IMG/VR virus record: IMGVR_UViG_3300046616_000314
Location: 497,117 to 561,116 of that record
Length of the DNA: 64,000 nucleotides
Strand: one strand, 5' to 3'
Shown here: in pieces, positions 1 to 12,395 of the stretch
How positions within the stretch are numbered: the first letter of the stretch is position 1
Layout: every line of letters starts with the position of its first letter
Notes under the pieces: generated by a model
What the model was told of the DNA's origin: nothing
Databases searched by the model: none
What the model saw: only the letters and a program-made list of their open reading frames with translations
Position numbers and translations under genes: made by a program

Positions 1-1
1 G

Positions 2-291
2 TCAACAATAATATGAATTATCGCCAACGCCGAATAAAATTTTGAAACCGATGAACAGCCACCAACCAAGACCGATGCAGAAACCAAGTCCAACAACGAT
101 AACGAAAAGAACTTTGAACAGTATCAAATATTTGATGAGCGCAAGAGCGATCACTACCGTCGCGATGGCGGTGAAACCTATCACGGCGAACACAAAAATT
201 TTGTTCCAGAAAGGAAGATTGTCCACTTTACGAACCCATTGCTTAGTCGGATGTTCGAATAGAAGTTCCCATTCTTCTTTCTTCGTAGCCA

Positions 292-292
<1 letters not shown>
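2..292 (-). CDS. small membrane protein (two hydrophobic segments)
   Basis: ORF abuts serS stop; two TM-like stretches. Confidence 0.6.
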
Positions 293-2496
<2,204 letters not shown>

Positions 2497-2497
<1 letters not shown>

Positions 2498-2751
2498 CAG
2501 AGCCACTTCAGTTTGAAATATACCGCATCATCTTTGTTGTTAAACGATATGGCTGATCCACCGGAAAGCCCGTAGAGATCGAGTGTGCAATCGATCTTTT
2601 CTCTAGCCAACCATTCAGCAAATTCGCCCGTAAACCGATGCTTGAGAGTGCAAGAAACTGGTGATTTGATACCTTGTACAAGGTAATGTTCCCCAACCGT
2701 CTTTGGTGGATTCAGGAAGACGTACTTGCCGTCAATAATTTTGAAACTCAT
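2497..2751 (-). CDS. small FKLKW-motif family protein
   Basis: C-terminus FNNKDDAVYFKLKWL. Confidence 0.75.
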
Positions 2752-3641
2752 AACGCCATCCAAAGTTGGAACTTACGAATGTAATCAACATCCGGTTTAT
2801 TAATTTGAGACCAATTCTCAATCAGAAAATCTCGGAACCATCCGGTAGTCATGACCGTGGTCAATCGTTGTAGTGCCTTTGAGTAGGCTTCGGACGGGTT
2901 GCGTTCTCGACCGGGGAGGATGAAACGCTCTAGGGCGATCACCATAATTTCTTCCCGTGCCAATTTTTGTTGAACGTCTAGGGATGCCGCATCGAATAGT
3001 GTTTTGTCGAGGCTGGCTTTGGACAAATCATTTTTGAAAGTTTCGAACAGCGGACGCCCGCCGTACTTCATCGCATCGTGCAAATCGTCGTGATCAAGCA
3101 TACGCCCGACAGAGTTGTTGCTTTTTGCAAAGAATGCTTCGTTACTCATGTTGGTGTTGATACGTCGAACACCGAATTTTTCTACATTCTCGGCGTGGCG
3201 AAACTGATAGAAATAAAGTTCGCTGAAGCTAGGCTCACCTTCGCTACGATCCTTCAGCCAATGATAATCCTCGATGTTCTTGCGCCAGTGAACATTCCAA
3301 TCCAGATGGCTTCGTTTGATCAACGTCAAAATGGACGGGGAAGGAACGTTTGCCTCACCAAATGGAATATCCATTTTGAAGGAATATGGTAGAGCGTTGA
3401 TTTGCGTTTCTAGCGTTTCGTTGCTTGACAAGGGCGTGATCGTCTCAAACTCTAGACGTGAGCCGTCCTTGAGCTTGAAGCGCACTTTCTTGTCATGCGG
3501 CGACACCATATCCACGATGGAATCTTTTGCTTCGGTAGCCCACGCCAGGATTTCCGAAGGTCGGGCAATGATGTCCCAATCCTTAGCTTCCCGAAAATCG
3601 GGATACCAAAAACTAATTGCGCGTGAGCCGATGATGATCAT
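2748..3641 (-). CDS. putative Pol-beta-superfamily nucleotidyltransferase
   Basis: N-terminal IIGSRA...KDWDII (GS + DxD). Confidence 0.6.
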   Translation of the reverse strand: MIIIGSRAISFWYPDFREAKDWDIIARPSEILAWATEAKDSIVDMVSPHDKKVRFKLKDGSRLEFETITPLSSNETLETQINALPYSFKMDIPFGEANVPSPSILTLIKRSHLDWNVHWRKNIEDYHWLKDRSEGEPSFSELYFYQFRHAENVEKFGVRRINTNMSNEAFFAKSNNSVGRMLDHDDLHDAMKYGGRPLFETFKNDLSKASLDKTLFDAASLDVQQKLAREEIMVIALERFILPGRERNPSEAYSKALQRLTTVMTTGWFRDFLIENWSQINKPDVDYIRKFQLWMAL

Positions 3642-3943
3642 GTGTCTGGGTCAATAATGATTTGAGGATATTTTAGTTTTATAAACGCGAGGTCTTCTTC
3701 GCTTAGATCAAACGCGACATAGTGATTATTGTCAGCAATATTTCCGCCCCAAGGACGAACAGAAATAGATTTATCGGGAAATTGTTTTCTAAACCACTTC
3801 ACGAATTCTCTATTATCATTTCGAAGCGTCTTGAACAATGTTCTAGTCCAAACCGAAGTGCCTTTGGGATGAAACAAAGACAGGGTGAATGACCCATCGT
3901 GTCGTTGTTGGTATCGCGGCGCAAAGGTGAGAAACGTTGTCAT
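3638..3943 (-). CDS. small FKLKW-motif family protein
   Basis: EEDLAFIKLKY near C-terminus. Confidence 0.7.
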   Translation of the reverse strand: MTTFLTFAPRYQQRHDGSFTLSLFHPKGTSVWTRTLFKTLRNDNREFVKWFRKQFPDKSISVRPWGGNIADNNHYVAFDLSEEDLAFIKLKYPQIIIDPDT

Positions 3944-4146
3944 TACGATTCGCGTTGAGACAGCCCGGCATGAGCGCGAAGCGTGTACTCAAAATCCACG
4001 ATTGAGAACGAGAGCCCTACCGCCTCGGCTTCGATTTGGATATCGTGTGCCATATCCAGGGCTTCGCGAAGGTCAATGCGTTCTTCGCGTAGGTCGTCAA
4101 TGATGCCAGCTTGCGCGGCATTGAGATCGAAACTGGTTGTAATCAC
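3943..4146 (-). CDS. hypothetical protein
   Basis: ORF abutting the downstream gene. Confidence 0.5.
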   Translation of the reverse strand: MITTSFDLNAAQAGIIDDLREERIDLREALDMAHDIQIEAEAVGLSFSIVDFEYTLRAHAGLSQRES

Positions 4147-4214
4147 GGTAAAAACTCATAAAAAAATTACGAGAATTTAGTTACCGAATTTGGTTAAGGG
4201 ATGCAAGCGAAAAA

Positions 4215-4829
4215 TTAATCGTCTTTTAGGAGATTGAGAAGCGACGTGTTAGCCACGGCTCCCAAAACAGCCTTTAGCGAAAAATCTGCGAACGATTCCG
4301 CATACTTGTTGGCTTGCTCGATAGCAGCGGCTTGAGCCGTGCCATCGGAATAAAAACTGCCCTCACCCGCGATCATGGTACTCACAGTGGTAGGAGTAGC
4401 AACGATTGTGTTAACACGCGATTGTAAAATGACGGTATTGGCTTCGCTGGGATTAGCCGCCGCCGCTTCTAACTCATCAATCGCAGTCAGAAATGTTCGT
4501 GCTCCAAATGTCGCACCAAATGCCTGAGATACACTGTTCGCCGGTTTATTGGTAGTCAATATGACAGTCGAATAGGTATCCATTTGAGCGGGCAAGTCAG
4601 CAAGCGTGTTGCCAACGTGCATGGATAGTGCATCCATTTCGCCTGAATTTACAAAACTAGCCGATAGGGTTGTGCTAAGTGCGATAAGATCGGCGTCTCC
4701 TGAGTTGGCAAGATTTGCCACTACGGCATTCACGACATTGTTCGCGTCAGCCAATCGTGTGACGAAATAAGGATCAAATTGGTTGCCCGCACCGATGATG
4801 CCAGCAATTTCGTTAATTTTATCGCTCAT
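4215..4829 (-). CDS. hypothetical protein, possibly virion
   Basis: Ala/Asn/Ser-rich; coupled to the PAAR-like gene. Confidence 0.6.
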   Translation of the reverse strand: MSDKINEIAGIIGAGNQFDPYFVTRLADANNVVNAVVANLANSGDADLIALSTTLSASFVNSGEMDALSMHVGNTLADLPAQMDTYSTVILTTNKPANSVSQAFGATFGARTFLTAIDELEAAAANPSEANTVILQSRVNTIVATPTTVSTMIAGEGSFYSDGTAQAAAIEQANKYAESFADFSLKAVLGAVANTSLLNLLKDD

Positions 4830-5686
4830 TATGCGCTCTTAGGAAGATTGGGGTGATATGGTGTGCCGCCGGTCATAGTGTATCCAAGTGGAAGCCCTGA
4901 CATTTGTTGAGAACGTCGGTTCGCGAAATGAATCCAGCCGGGGCTACCTGAACCGCTATACTCCAAAAGAAATTGGGTATAGGGAATTTTGGCAGTCGTA
5001 ATGATCTTGACGGCGAGTTGACGAAGTTCTTCACGGCTAAGTCTGTTACCATTTTTGAACATATGTAGATCGCAAGCCGAACCAATGTTATGATCCGAAG
5101 TGCCAGTAGAATTTCTAAAGCCGCTACCAATCTTGAATTCGATCCCATCGGTGTTGTGTGACAACCAATCCTTAAGAGCATCGACGCTATTGGTAGCGAG
5201 AAATTTCAAATTACAAATAATGTCTGCTTTGTTGACACCATTGTTTCCGCCAGAGGGGATGGTATGGCGCAAAGCCGGTTGATAGACGCCAGACGAGAAA
5301 TCAGCGACCGTAAAATATTTTGAAATTTTTGTGGAATCTGGGGTGGATGAATTGTAGTCGCCGCATCCGACACCCTTGGATGTCCCGTTGACCGGAGTAA
5401 CGCCCGCCGCTCCTGGGTCTTCTGCGTTGCTTACTGAAGCCCGCTCCAAGCTATCAGCGGTACCGGGACCATATTTGTTATCGAGATACGCCCGGCGTTG
5501 ATCCGGTTCCATATCCTCGGTTTCCATACCGATAGATTCGTATTCGGCGACTTCAGCCGAAACACCGCTAGAGCCGACAACAGCCCCGCCGCCTTCGACA
5601 AAATGCGAAGACGCGCCAGTGATGACTTTTCCAAGTTTGCCTTGGACCATGACAACACTACCAACGTGGGCTACAGGATATGGCAT
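4829..5686 (-). CDS. PAAR-like N-terminus plus peptidase M15-type peptidoglycan hydrolase
   Basis: MPYPVAHVGS...ITGASSHFVEG resembles PAAR; SGFR...SDHNIGSACD...WIH are M15 Zn-ligand motifs; ATAAATA upstream (5731-5737). Confidence 0.65.
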   Translation of the reverse strand: MPYPVAHVGSVVMVQGKLGKVITGASSHFVEGGGAVVGSSGVSAEVAEYESIGMETEDMEPDQRRAYLDNKYGPGTADSLERASVSNAEDPGAAGVTPVNGTSKGVGCGDYNSSTPDSTKISKYFTVADFSSGVYQPALRHTIPSGGNNGVNKADIICNLKFLATNSVDALKDWLSHNTDGIEFKIGSGFRNSTGTSDHNIGSACDLHMFKNGNRLSREELRQLAVKIITTAKIPYTQFLLEYSGSGSPGWIHFANRRSQQMSGLPLGYTMTGGTPYHPNLPKSA

Positions 5687-5746
5687 GAAAACCTCAAATA
5701 AAAACCGATGTCTCCGAATAGAGACACCGGTATTTATTGTATTAAA

Positions 5747-6085
5747 TTAGCCCTTTAGGATCGTGCTGGGCGATGCAGCGACGAGACCCGTGGTGGCGTG
5801 AAGATAAGAATTGTCGATATCTTCGCGCGGAGCCATCGGAGCCACGACGAGACGATCAAACGAAAACGTGAAAATTGAGTCTTCGTCAACGGCGCCCATG
5901 AAGGGAGCGAAGCCCAAACCGGCTTCCTGGGCACTAACCATTCGCATCTGAATGGCAATCGGCTTGGTGATGGAAATGGTCTTTTCATCGACCGAATGCA
6001 CTCGTCCAACCAATTCTTCTCCGGTAACTAGTCGAAGAACAACGGTTTTTCCTGCTTCGGGCTTATATTTGGTTTTGATAAGCAT
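5747..6085 (-). CDS. hypothetical protein, possible Sm-like fold
   Basis: VVLRLVTGEELVGRV...ISITKP pattern. Confidence 0.55.
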   Translation of the reverse strand: MLIKTKYKPEAGKTVVLRLVTGEELVGRVHSVDEKTISITKPIAIQMRMVSAQEAGLGFAPFMGAVDEDSIFTFSFDRLVVAPMAPREDIDNSYLHATTGLVAASPSTILKG

Positions 6086-6232
6086 AATTTAAAACTCCTA
6101 AATAATGCATCATCTTATCATGCCTTAACCATCTTTTTCCATTTAAAAGTCTGAGATAATACTGATTTTTTGGGGTCGTTTTGGGGAGGTCTAGATAAAT
6201 ACTTTTACTACTCATTTTGGAGAATAATAATC

Positions 6233-9142
6233 ATGGCAACACTCGTAAGTCCCGGTGTAGACGTTCAAATTTATAATGAAAGCTTCTACGCAACCGCTGG
6301 TACTGGGACAGTTCCTTTGGTGGTATTCGCTAGTGCTGCGAATAAGCCAATTTCTGCTAGTGACTCTACTATCGCTCCATATTCTGTTCCTTCCCGCGCT
6401 GGCGAACTTTTCTTGGCTACTTCGCAACGCGAACTGATCCAACAATTCGGTACGCCTACCTTCAAGACCGTTCAGGGTACCCCTCTGCACGGCGACGAAC
6501 TGAACGAATATGGTCTTCTGGCTGCTTATCAATATCTGGGAATTTCGAACCGTTGCTACGTTGTTCGCGCTGATATCGATACGGCTCAACTGGAATCCAG
6601 CACTTCGGCTCCGGTCGGTGCTCCGCAAGCTGGTACATTCTGGTTTGACGTTGGTGAAACTTCGTTTGGTGTCTTCCAATCGAACGGCAATCCGAACGCT
6701 GGTGTTGCTTGGTTGACCCAACCGGTTCTGGTCGCGGGTTCGGCGAACACCACAAACGGCGAGCCTTCAACTGGCTTCGGCGCCGATGGCGACTTCGCTG
6801 TTGTCGTAAGTGTTTCGGATAACCTGCTTTATGAAAAGCTGGCTGGTGCTTGGTTCCTAGTTGGTTCGACCGCTTGGAAGGCAAACTATCCGACTAAGGT
6901 CCAAGGTTCGACCAACCCGGCTCCGATCCTGACCACCGATACCATCGTTATCACTGTTTATGACAGTGTTGGTGCTCCGACCGCAACAACCATTTCCTTC
7001 AGCGCGACCACTGGTACGCTTCCTGAAATTGTTACAGAAATCAACAACGCAGCTATTCCGAACGTTACGGCTTCGGTCACAACTGGTACGGCTCTGCTGA
7101 TCGCTGAAATCGCTGGTGGTAAGATCACGGTTCAAAATGGTGCTGGTACTCCGCTGGCAACTTTGGGCATCGTTCCGAATACCTATAATGGCGTTTCTCT
7201 GAAGCAAACAAGCAACGCTCAATATCCGGCTAATTCGGTCGCGGGCGACGTTTGGATCAAGGGTACGGTTCCTAACAAGGGTGCTGACTGGTCTGTTAAG
7301 TATTGGTCGTCGGCTGGTCAATGGATCGAAGTTGCGGCTCCGTTCTATCCTTACGACAGCATCGCCGCTGATGGCGACGCTGGTAAGGACGCTGCTGCCT
7401 TGCTCGCCTTCGGTGTTCCTACTGTTGGTACAATCTACGTTGGTTATGACGATGGCGTTGCTTCGGGCGGCACACCGGGTACTCAACAAATTCGTCGTTG
7501 GAATGGCACTATGTTCGAAAACCTCGTTTATGAGGCTTCGACTGTTCCTCCGACTTCGGCTCCTTCGGAAGGTACTCTGTGGTACAATTCTGATCTGCGC
7601 GTTGACATCATGTACGGCGATGGCACGACATGGATGGGCTACAAGCACAAGTTCCAAACAACTGACCCGAACGGCGTCATCATTTCGGGCTCTAAGCCTC
7701 TGGTCCAATCGACCGGTTCGGCTCTGGTCGATAATGACCTGTGGCTGGATTCGAGCGATCTGGAAAACTATCCGCTGCTGTATCGTTACTCGACCACAAC
7801 TGGTCGTTGGACACTGATCGACAACACTGACCAAACCTCGCCGTTTGGTGTCGTGTTCGCTGATGCACGTGCTGACTCGGGTCCGACCTATAGCGGTGCG
7901 CAATCTGGCTATGCATTTAACTCGGAACTGCCCGCCGATATGGTGAAGTCCGATTACCTGCTGCCGGATGCTCCCGATCCTCGCACATACCCAGACGGTA
8001 TGCTGCTGTTCAACACTCGCTATGGTACGTACAACGTTAAGCAATGGGAACCGAACTACTTCGCTCTCGGCGGCTACGACGCTAACACCGACTATACCGA
8101 AGAAACATATCGTATCGGAACCGCTGGTCCCGTCTTCCCGGCTCTGACTGATGCTGGTGTTTGGCTGACAGCAAGCGGCAATGGAACAAACGGTGCTCCG
8201 CTGATGGGTCGTAAGGCTCAACGTGCGATGATCGTTCGTGCCATGGGTGCCACAATCTCCGAAAACGAAAACCTGCGTTCAGACCTAGTTTATTACAACC
8301 TCATCGCCGCACCGGGCTACCCGGAAATGATCGATGAAATGGTTGTCCTGAATACCGATCAAAAGGAAGTGTCGTTCATCGTTGCCGATACGCCTGCGCG
8401 CCTGCGTCCGACCGGTACAGACATCACCGCGTGGGCAACCAATGCGAATGGTGCTTCGTCTAACGGCGAAGATGGTCTGACCACTTCTAGCGATTACGTT
8501 GGTGTCTATTACCCTTGGGGTCTGAGCACCGATCTGTCGGGTAACGAAGTTATGGTTCCGCCTTCTTCGGTTGCTCTCTGCACCATGGCTTATAACGACC
8601 AAGTTGCTTACCCGTGGTTCGCCCCGGCTGGCTTCACTCGTGGTCTGGTCCAGAATGCTACCACCGTTGGTTATCTGACTAGCGAAGGTGAATTCAAGCC
8701 TGTTCTGTTGAACCAAGGTCAAAAGGATGTTCTTTACACCAACAAGATCAACCCAATCGTGTTCATTCCGAACCGTGGCTTGGTTGTCAATGGTCAAAAG
8801 ACCCGTGCGCCGCTTGACAGCGCAATGGACCGCATCAACGTTGCTCGTCTGGTCAACTACCTGAAGTACCAACTGAGCAACATCACGCAACCGTTCTTGT
8901 TCGAACCGAACGATGAACAAACACGTGAATCGGCTCGCGTAACTGTCGAACGTTTCCTTGAAGGTCTCGTTGGTCTGCGCGCCCTGGAAGACTACGGCGT
9001 CCAGTGCGACTTGAACAACAACACCCCGGAACGTCGTGATCGTAATGAATTGTGGATCGATGTCGCTATCATCCCGACCAAGGCTGTCGAATTCATCTAC
9101 ATCCCGGTTCGTATTCTGAACAGCGGCGATTCTATCGCTTAA
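6233..9142 (+). CDS. tail sheath protein (large, with insertion domains)
   Basis: MATLVSPGVDV start; C-terminal YPWFAPAGFTRG, INPI, DRINVARL, FEPND, PTKAVEFIYIP; GGAG RBS. Confidence 0.96.
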   Translation: MATLVSPGVDVQIYNESFYATAGTGTVPLVVFASAANKPISASDSTIAPYSVPSRAGELFLATSQRELIQQFGTPTFKTVQGTPLHGDELNEYGLLAAYQYLGISNRCYVVRADIDTAQLESSTSAPVGAPQAGTFWFDVGETSFGVFQSNGNPNAGVAWLTQPVLVAGSANTTNGEPSTGFGADGDFAVVVSVSDNLLYEKLAGAWFLVGSTAWKANYPTKVQGSTNPAPILTTDTIVITVYDSVGAPTATTISFSATTGTLPEIVTEINNAAIPNVTASVTTGTALLIAEIAGGKITVQNGAGTPLATLGIVPNTYNGVSLKQTSNAQYPANSVAGDVWIKGTVPNKGADWSVKYWSSAGQWIEVAAPFYPYDSIAADGDAGKDAAALLAFGVPTVGTIYVGYDDGVASGGTPGTQQIRRWNGTMFENLVYEASTVPPTSAPSEGTLWYNSDLRVDIMYGDGTTWMGYKHKFQTTDPNGVIISGSKPLVQSTGSALVDNDLWLDSSDLENYPLLYRYSTTTGRWTLIDNTDQTSPFGVVFADARADSGPTYSGAQSGYAFNSELPADMVKSDYLLPDAPDPRTYPDGMLLFNTRYGTYNVKQWEPNYFALGGYDANTDYTEETYRIGTAGPVFPALTDAGVWLTASGNGTNGAPLMGRKAQRAMIVRAMGATISENENLRSDLVYYNLIAAPGYPEMIDEMVVLNTDQKEVSFIVADTPARLRPTGTDITAWATNANGASSNGEDGLTTSSDYVGVYYPWGLSTDLSGNEVMVPPSSVALCTMAYNDQVAYPWFAPAGFTRGLVQNATTVGYLTSEGEFKPVLLNQGQKDVLYTNKINPIVFIPNRGLVVNGQKTRAPLDSAMDRINVARLVNYLKYQLSNITQPFLFEPNDEQTRESARVTVERFLEGLVGLRALEDYGVQCDLNNNTPERRDRNELWIDVAIIPTKAVEFIYIPVRILNSGDSIA

Positions 9143-9165
9143 GGGAAACCTTAAAAGAATTGAAG

Positions 9166-9194
9166 AAGGGGAGGGCGAAAGCTCTCCCCTTTTT
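9166..9194 (+). terminator. intrinsic terminator after sheath gene
   Basis: AAGGGGAGGGC-GAAA-GCTCTCCCCTT then T-tract. Confidence 0.85.
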
Positions 9195-9250
9195 CGTTGA
9201 CAATTATACTCTATCGCTGTATATGATATGGATCATTTATGGAGATAGGC

Positions 9251-9727
9251 ATGTCTGATCTTGTTGAAAAGTATTTTATGGATGCGTGGCGTCCACTCAG
9301 CAAGGTCTATGCACACCCTCCGGTTCTCAACTCACAAGCGGATGCCCTTGCCTGGATTGCCGATCAGCATTCGTATATGCAAAACCAATATCGGCTGACC
9401 GATCCGGCGAACGATAAAACACCACCGCCCAAGCTCACCTTGGATTTGGGTGAATTCGAAAAAGCCATCACCGTTTCGCAATTTCCCTGGACGGCTGTTA
9501 AGATGCGTCGTCGCCCAATTATCGCGAATGGCGTACCGCAACCGCATTATAACTATTCCTACGATATGTGGGAATGGAACGTGTACAAGATGAAGTGGGT
9601 TCGTCTTTCGAATACGGCTTGTGGCTTCGGCGAGCAAAGTGATGCAGATCGTTGTGCCAAGGAACGTTCGGACGAAATTCAAGACATGCTTGATTCTAAC
9701 AAGAATCATCCGCCCGTAATTAAGTAA
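9251..9727 (+). CDS. hypothetical protein
   Basis: TTGACA promoter and GGAG RBS upstream. Confidence 0.7.
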   Translation: MSDLVEKYFMDAWRPLSKVYAHPPVLNSQADALAWIADQHSYMQNQYRLTDPANDKTPPPKLTLDLGEFEKAITVSQFPWTAVKMRRRPIIANGVPQPHYNYSYDMWEWNVYKMKWVRLSNTACGFGEQSDADRCAKERSDEIQDMLDSNKNHPPVIK

Positions 9728-9732
9728 AGAAA

Positions 9733-10902
9733 ATGAAATCTGAATTATTCAAAGTCCTGTCCGACCGTGGGTTCATCAACCAAACAACCAATTTGGCTGC
9801 GTTGGATGATGCGGCTGTTGCTGGTCCGATCACGGCATACATCGGCTTCGACCTGACGGCGAACAGCCTGCATGTCGGTTCTCTGATTCAGATCATGGTG
9901 TTGCGTTGGATGCGCAAGCTGGGTCACAATCCCCTAATTCTCCTGGGCGATGCTACAACTCGTGTGGGCGATCCCTCGGGTAAGAGCACGGCTCGCCCGA
10001 TCCTGACCACGGAACAAATCGGTTCCAATCGCCAAGGAATCGAGAAAGTTTTTAAGACGCTTGTTCCCGAACCTCAATTCGTCACGAACGAAGCGTGGTT
10101 CAACGGCGAAACGGGTTTCTTTGAATTTCTCCAAGAATACGGTTCGATGTTCAGTATCAATCGTATGCTGACGTTCGATTCGGTAAAGAGCCGTCTCAAG
10201 CCCGACTCGTCTCTGTCGTTCCTTGAATTCAACTACATGCTGATGCAAGCGGTTGATTTCTTCAAGCTGAACGAATTGCAAAATTGTATCTTGCAAGTCG
10301 GTGGCTCGGATCAATGGGGCAACATCATCAACGGCGTCGAGCTAACCCGCAAGAAAGCTCAACGGGAAGTCTTCGGGCTGACTACCCCTCTGATGACCAA
10401 CGTTGCTGGGGAAAAAATGGGCAAGACGGCTTCTGGCGCCGTTTGGCTTGATCCCGAAAAGACTTCGGCGTTTGATTTCTGGCAGTTTTGGCGCAATGTC
10501 GAAGATGCCAAGGTTGGTGAATTCCTGCGTCTGTTCACCGAACTTGATCTCGGAGAAATCGAAAATATTATTGCCAAGGATGTCAACGAAGCCAAGATCG
10601 TCCTGGCGGACACCGTTACTGGAATGGTTCATCCCAATTTTGGCGGCGAGCTTCCCGTTCTCAATCGCCATCGGTCGCATCTGTTCGCCGCTGGTCAAGT
10701 ATCGATCTCGCAACTGTTCGTGGAAGTTGGGCTGGCAAAATCGAACGGTGATGCTGCCCGTCTTGCTCAAAATGGTGGTTTGAAATTGGATGATGTTCTG
10801 GTACAAGATGTTCGTCGTCTTGTATCCGAGAGTGACATTCCCGCCTCGGGTATGAAATTCTCGCTTGGGAAAAAGAAGTCGGTAATTTTGAAATTGGTTT
10901 AG
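9733..10902 (+). CDS. tyrS: tyrosyl-tRNA synthetase
   Basis: YIGFDLTANSLHVGS, QVGGSDQWGNI, KMGKT; C-terminal S4-like domain. Confidence 0.98.
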   Translation: MKSELFKVLSDRGFINQTTNLAALDDAAVAGPITAYIGFDLTANSLHVGSLIQIMVLRWMRKLGHNPLILLGDATTRVGDPSGKSTARPILTTEQIGSNRQGIEKVFKTLVPEPQFVTNEAWFNGETGFFEFLQEYGSMFSINRMLTFDSVKSRLKPDSSLSFLEFNYMLMQAVDFFKLNELQNCILQVGGSDQWGNIINGVELTRKKAQREVFGLTTPLMTNVAGEKMGKTASGAVWLDPEKTSAFDFWQFWRNVEDAKVGEFLRLFTELDLGEIENIIAKDVNEAKIVLADTVTGMVHPNFGGELPVLNRHRSHLFAAGQVSISQLFVEVGLAKSNGDAARLAQNGGLKLDDVLVQDVRRLVSESDIPASGMKFSLGKKKSVILKLV

Positions 10903-11052
10903 TAGCTCCGAAAGGGCGAAAGCCCTGAACCCATAAGTCCGAAGGTAGGTGACTGGGAGGCTGTTCAGCGTAAAGGTACTGCTTCACTCCATTAAACACA
11001 GGATGAAGATGCCTCGGATAATCAAGAGTTTGCTTGATATTGGTAGCTACTA
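10900..11052 (+). ncRNA. candidate structured ncRNA (TAAGTCC family)
   Basis: Closing stem TAGTAGCT/AGCTACTA around several hairpins; contains TGAACCCATAAGTCC. Confidence 0.5.
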
Positions 11053-11083
11053 AAAAGAGCCGGGGAGTGATCCCCGGCTCTTT
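11053..11083 (+). terminator. intrinsic terminator, likely bidirectional
   Basis: AAAGAGCCGGGGA-GTGA-TCCCCGGCTCTTT. Confidence 0.8.
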
Positions 11084-11199
11084 CTACGATTCCTAAGAGC
11101 ATCCTACCATTTCTGGCTGTGGGTTTTTCGGGGTCACTCGTTTGAACCGTTGCTACTCTAGACCCTTGTTCACATATTAACCATACGCCTTAACGAAAA

Positions 11200-11691
11200 T
11201 TAACTCAAGTAAATTCGTGCTTTCATGGCGTCTTCGACATATTGGAAGACAAACGAAGTATCTAGTTCGGCGAAAAGCCCTTCGCACCGATCCTTCAACC
11301 ATTGCAGGTTGGATTTATCATCGCGGATGCGCTTCTTCTTCATGACGCGATAGACCTTGTTATTTTCATCGCGTTCGAAGCCTGGGAAGCCCGCTTGTTC
11401 CAGAACCCTTGATTGACGCTTGTTAAGACGGCGCCATTCCCAGTAAGGCAAAAGATACTGGTTGGCGGTGTTCGCCGTGATTTCATACATCGTCATGTAA
11501 CGACTATCAGTCACGCGAGCATATGGGCGCCGCACCATTTCCGCGATCTTGAACGGGCGGTTTTGGGGACTGACCTGTTTCGTCTCACGTTCTGGCTGCA
11601 CCTGTTTAGGTGGCACGTATTCCACGTGTGGAAGCCAGTATTGAGGATCAGGAGAAACCATATCACCAACATTAATTGAAATTATAGTCAT
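11200..11691 (-). CDS. divergent FKLKW-like family protein
   Basis: WLKDRC...FVFQYVEDAMKARIYL. Confidence 0.6.
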   Translation of the reverse strand: MTIISINVGDMVSPDPQYWLPHVEYVPPKQVQPERETKQVSPQNRPFKIAEMVRRPYARVTDSRYMTMYEITANTANQYLLPYWEWRRLNKRQSRVLEQAGFPGFERDENNKVYRVMKKKRIRDDKSNLQWLKDRCEGLFAELDTSFVFQYVEDAMKARIYLS

Positions 11692-11795
11692 ATATTAACG
11701 CAGGAATCCCACAAGTCAAGTATTAACTGAGACTATTACGAATTCTCCTAAATAAATACAGTAAGTGCCTTTTACAGGCTATTAAGGAGATATTC

Positions 11796-12380
11796 ATGGC
11801 TACGGTTTCCAATTTCGGAATTCCTAATGGCGGTGGCGGTGGTCGTGGCGGCTTCATCCATCCCAAGACAAAGCAGAAGTTCCGCGTCCGCGTGTTCAAT
11901 TTTGGACCGGTAGCCGGTGGTTTGGAACTGACGCAACAAGTTGAGACGGTTGATCGTCCCGGCGTTACTTTCGATTCGAACGAAGTTCACTCGTACAACT
12001 CACTGGCGTACTACGCTGGTAAGGCGAAGTGGGATTCGATCAACCTTGTTATCCGTGATGATATTTCTAACTCGGTAAACAAGTTGGTCGGACACCAGTT
12101 GCAGAAGCAAATGAATTTCTTCCAACAAACGTCGGCTGCTGCGGGTTCGAACTATAAGTTCCAAACCTTCATCGAAACCCTCGACGGTGGTAATGACACT
12201 GTGTACGAGCAATGGACTCTTGAAGGCTGCTTCCTAGAATCCGCTAAGTACGATCAGTTTGACTACAAGTCGAGCGATCACATGACCATCCAACTGAGCA
12301 TTCGTTACGATAACGCAACCCAATCTGACGGCTTGATGGACCTGAATCCTCAACTGGGCGTCGGACCTATGCAAATGTAA
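11796..12380 (+). CDS. tail tube protein
   Basis: gp19-like: PKTKQKFRV, YAGKAKWDSINLVIRD, EQWTLEGCF, IQLSIRYDNA; ATAAATA and AAGGAG upstream. Confidence 0.9.
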   Translation: MATVSNFGIPNGGGGGRGGFIHPKTKQKFRVRVFNFGPVAGGLELTQQVETVDRPGVTFDSNEVHSYNSLAYYAGKAKWDSINLVIRDDISNSVNKLVGHQLQKQMNFFQQTSAAAGSNYKFQTFIETLDGGNDTVYEQWTLEGCFLESAKYDQFDYKSSDHMTIQLSIRYDNATQSDGLMDLNPQLGVGPMQM

Positions 12381-12395
12381 TGAGAGAATTGGTCT

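Noticed and set aside
6857-8221. 454-aa antisense ORF, and similar ones at 20073-20876, 27794-28474, 31511-32404, 34865-35536
   Set aside because: These are shadow ORFs opposite well-supported genes, with no recognisable motifs.
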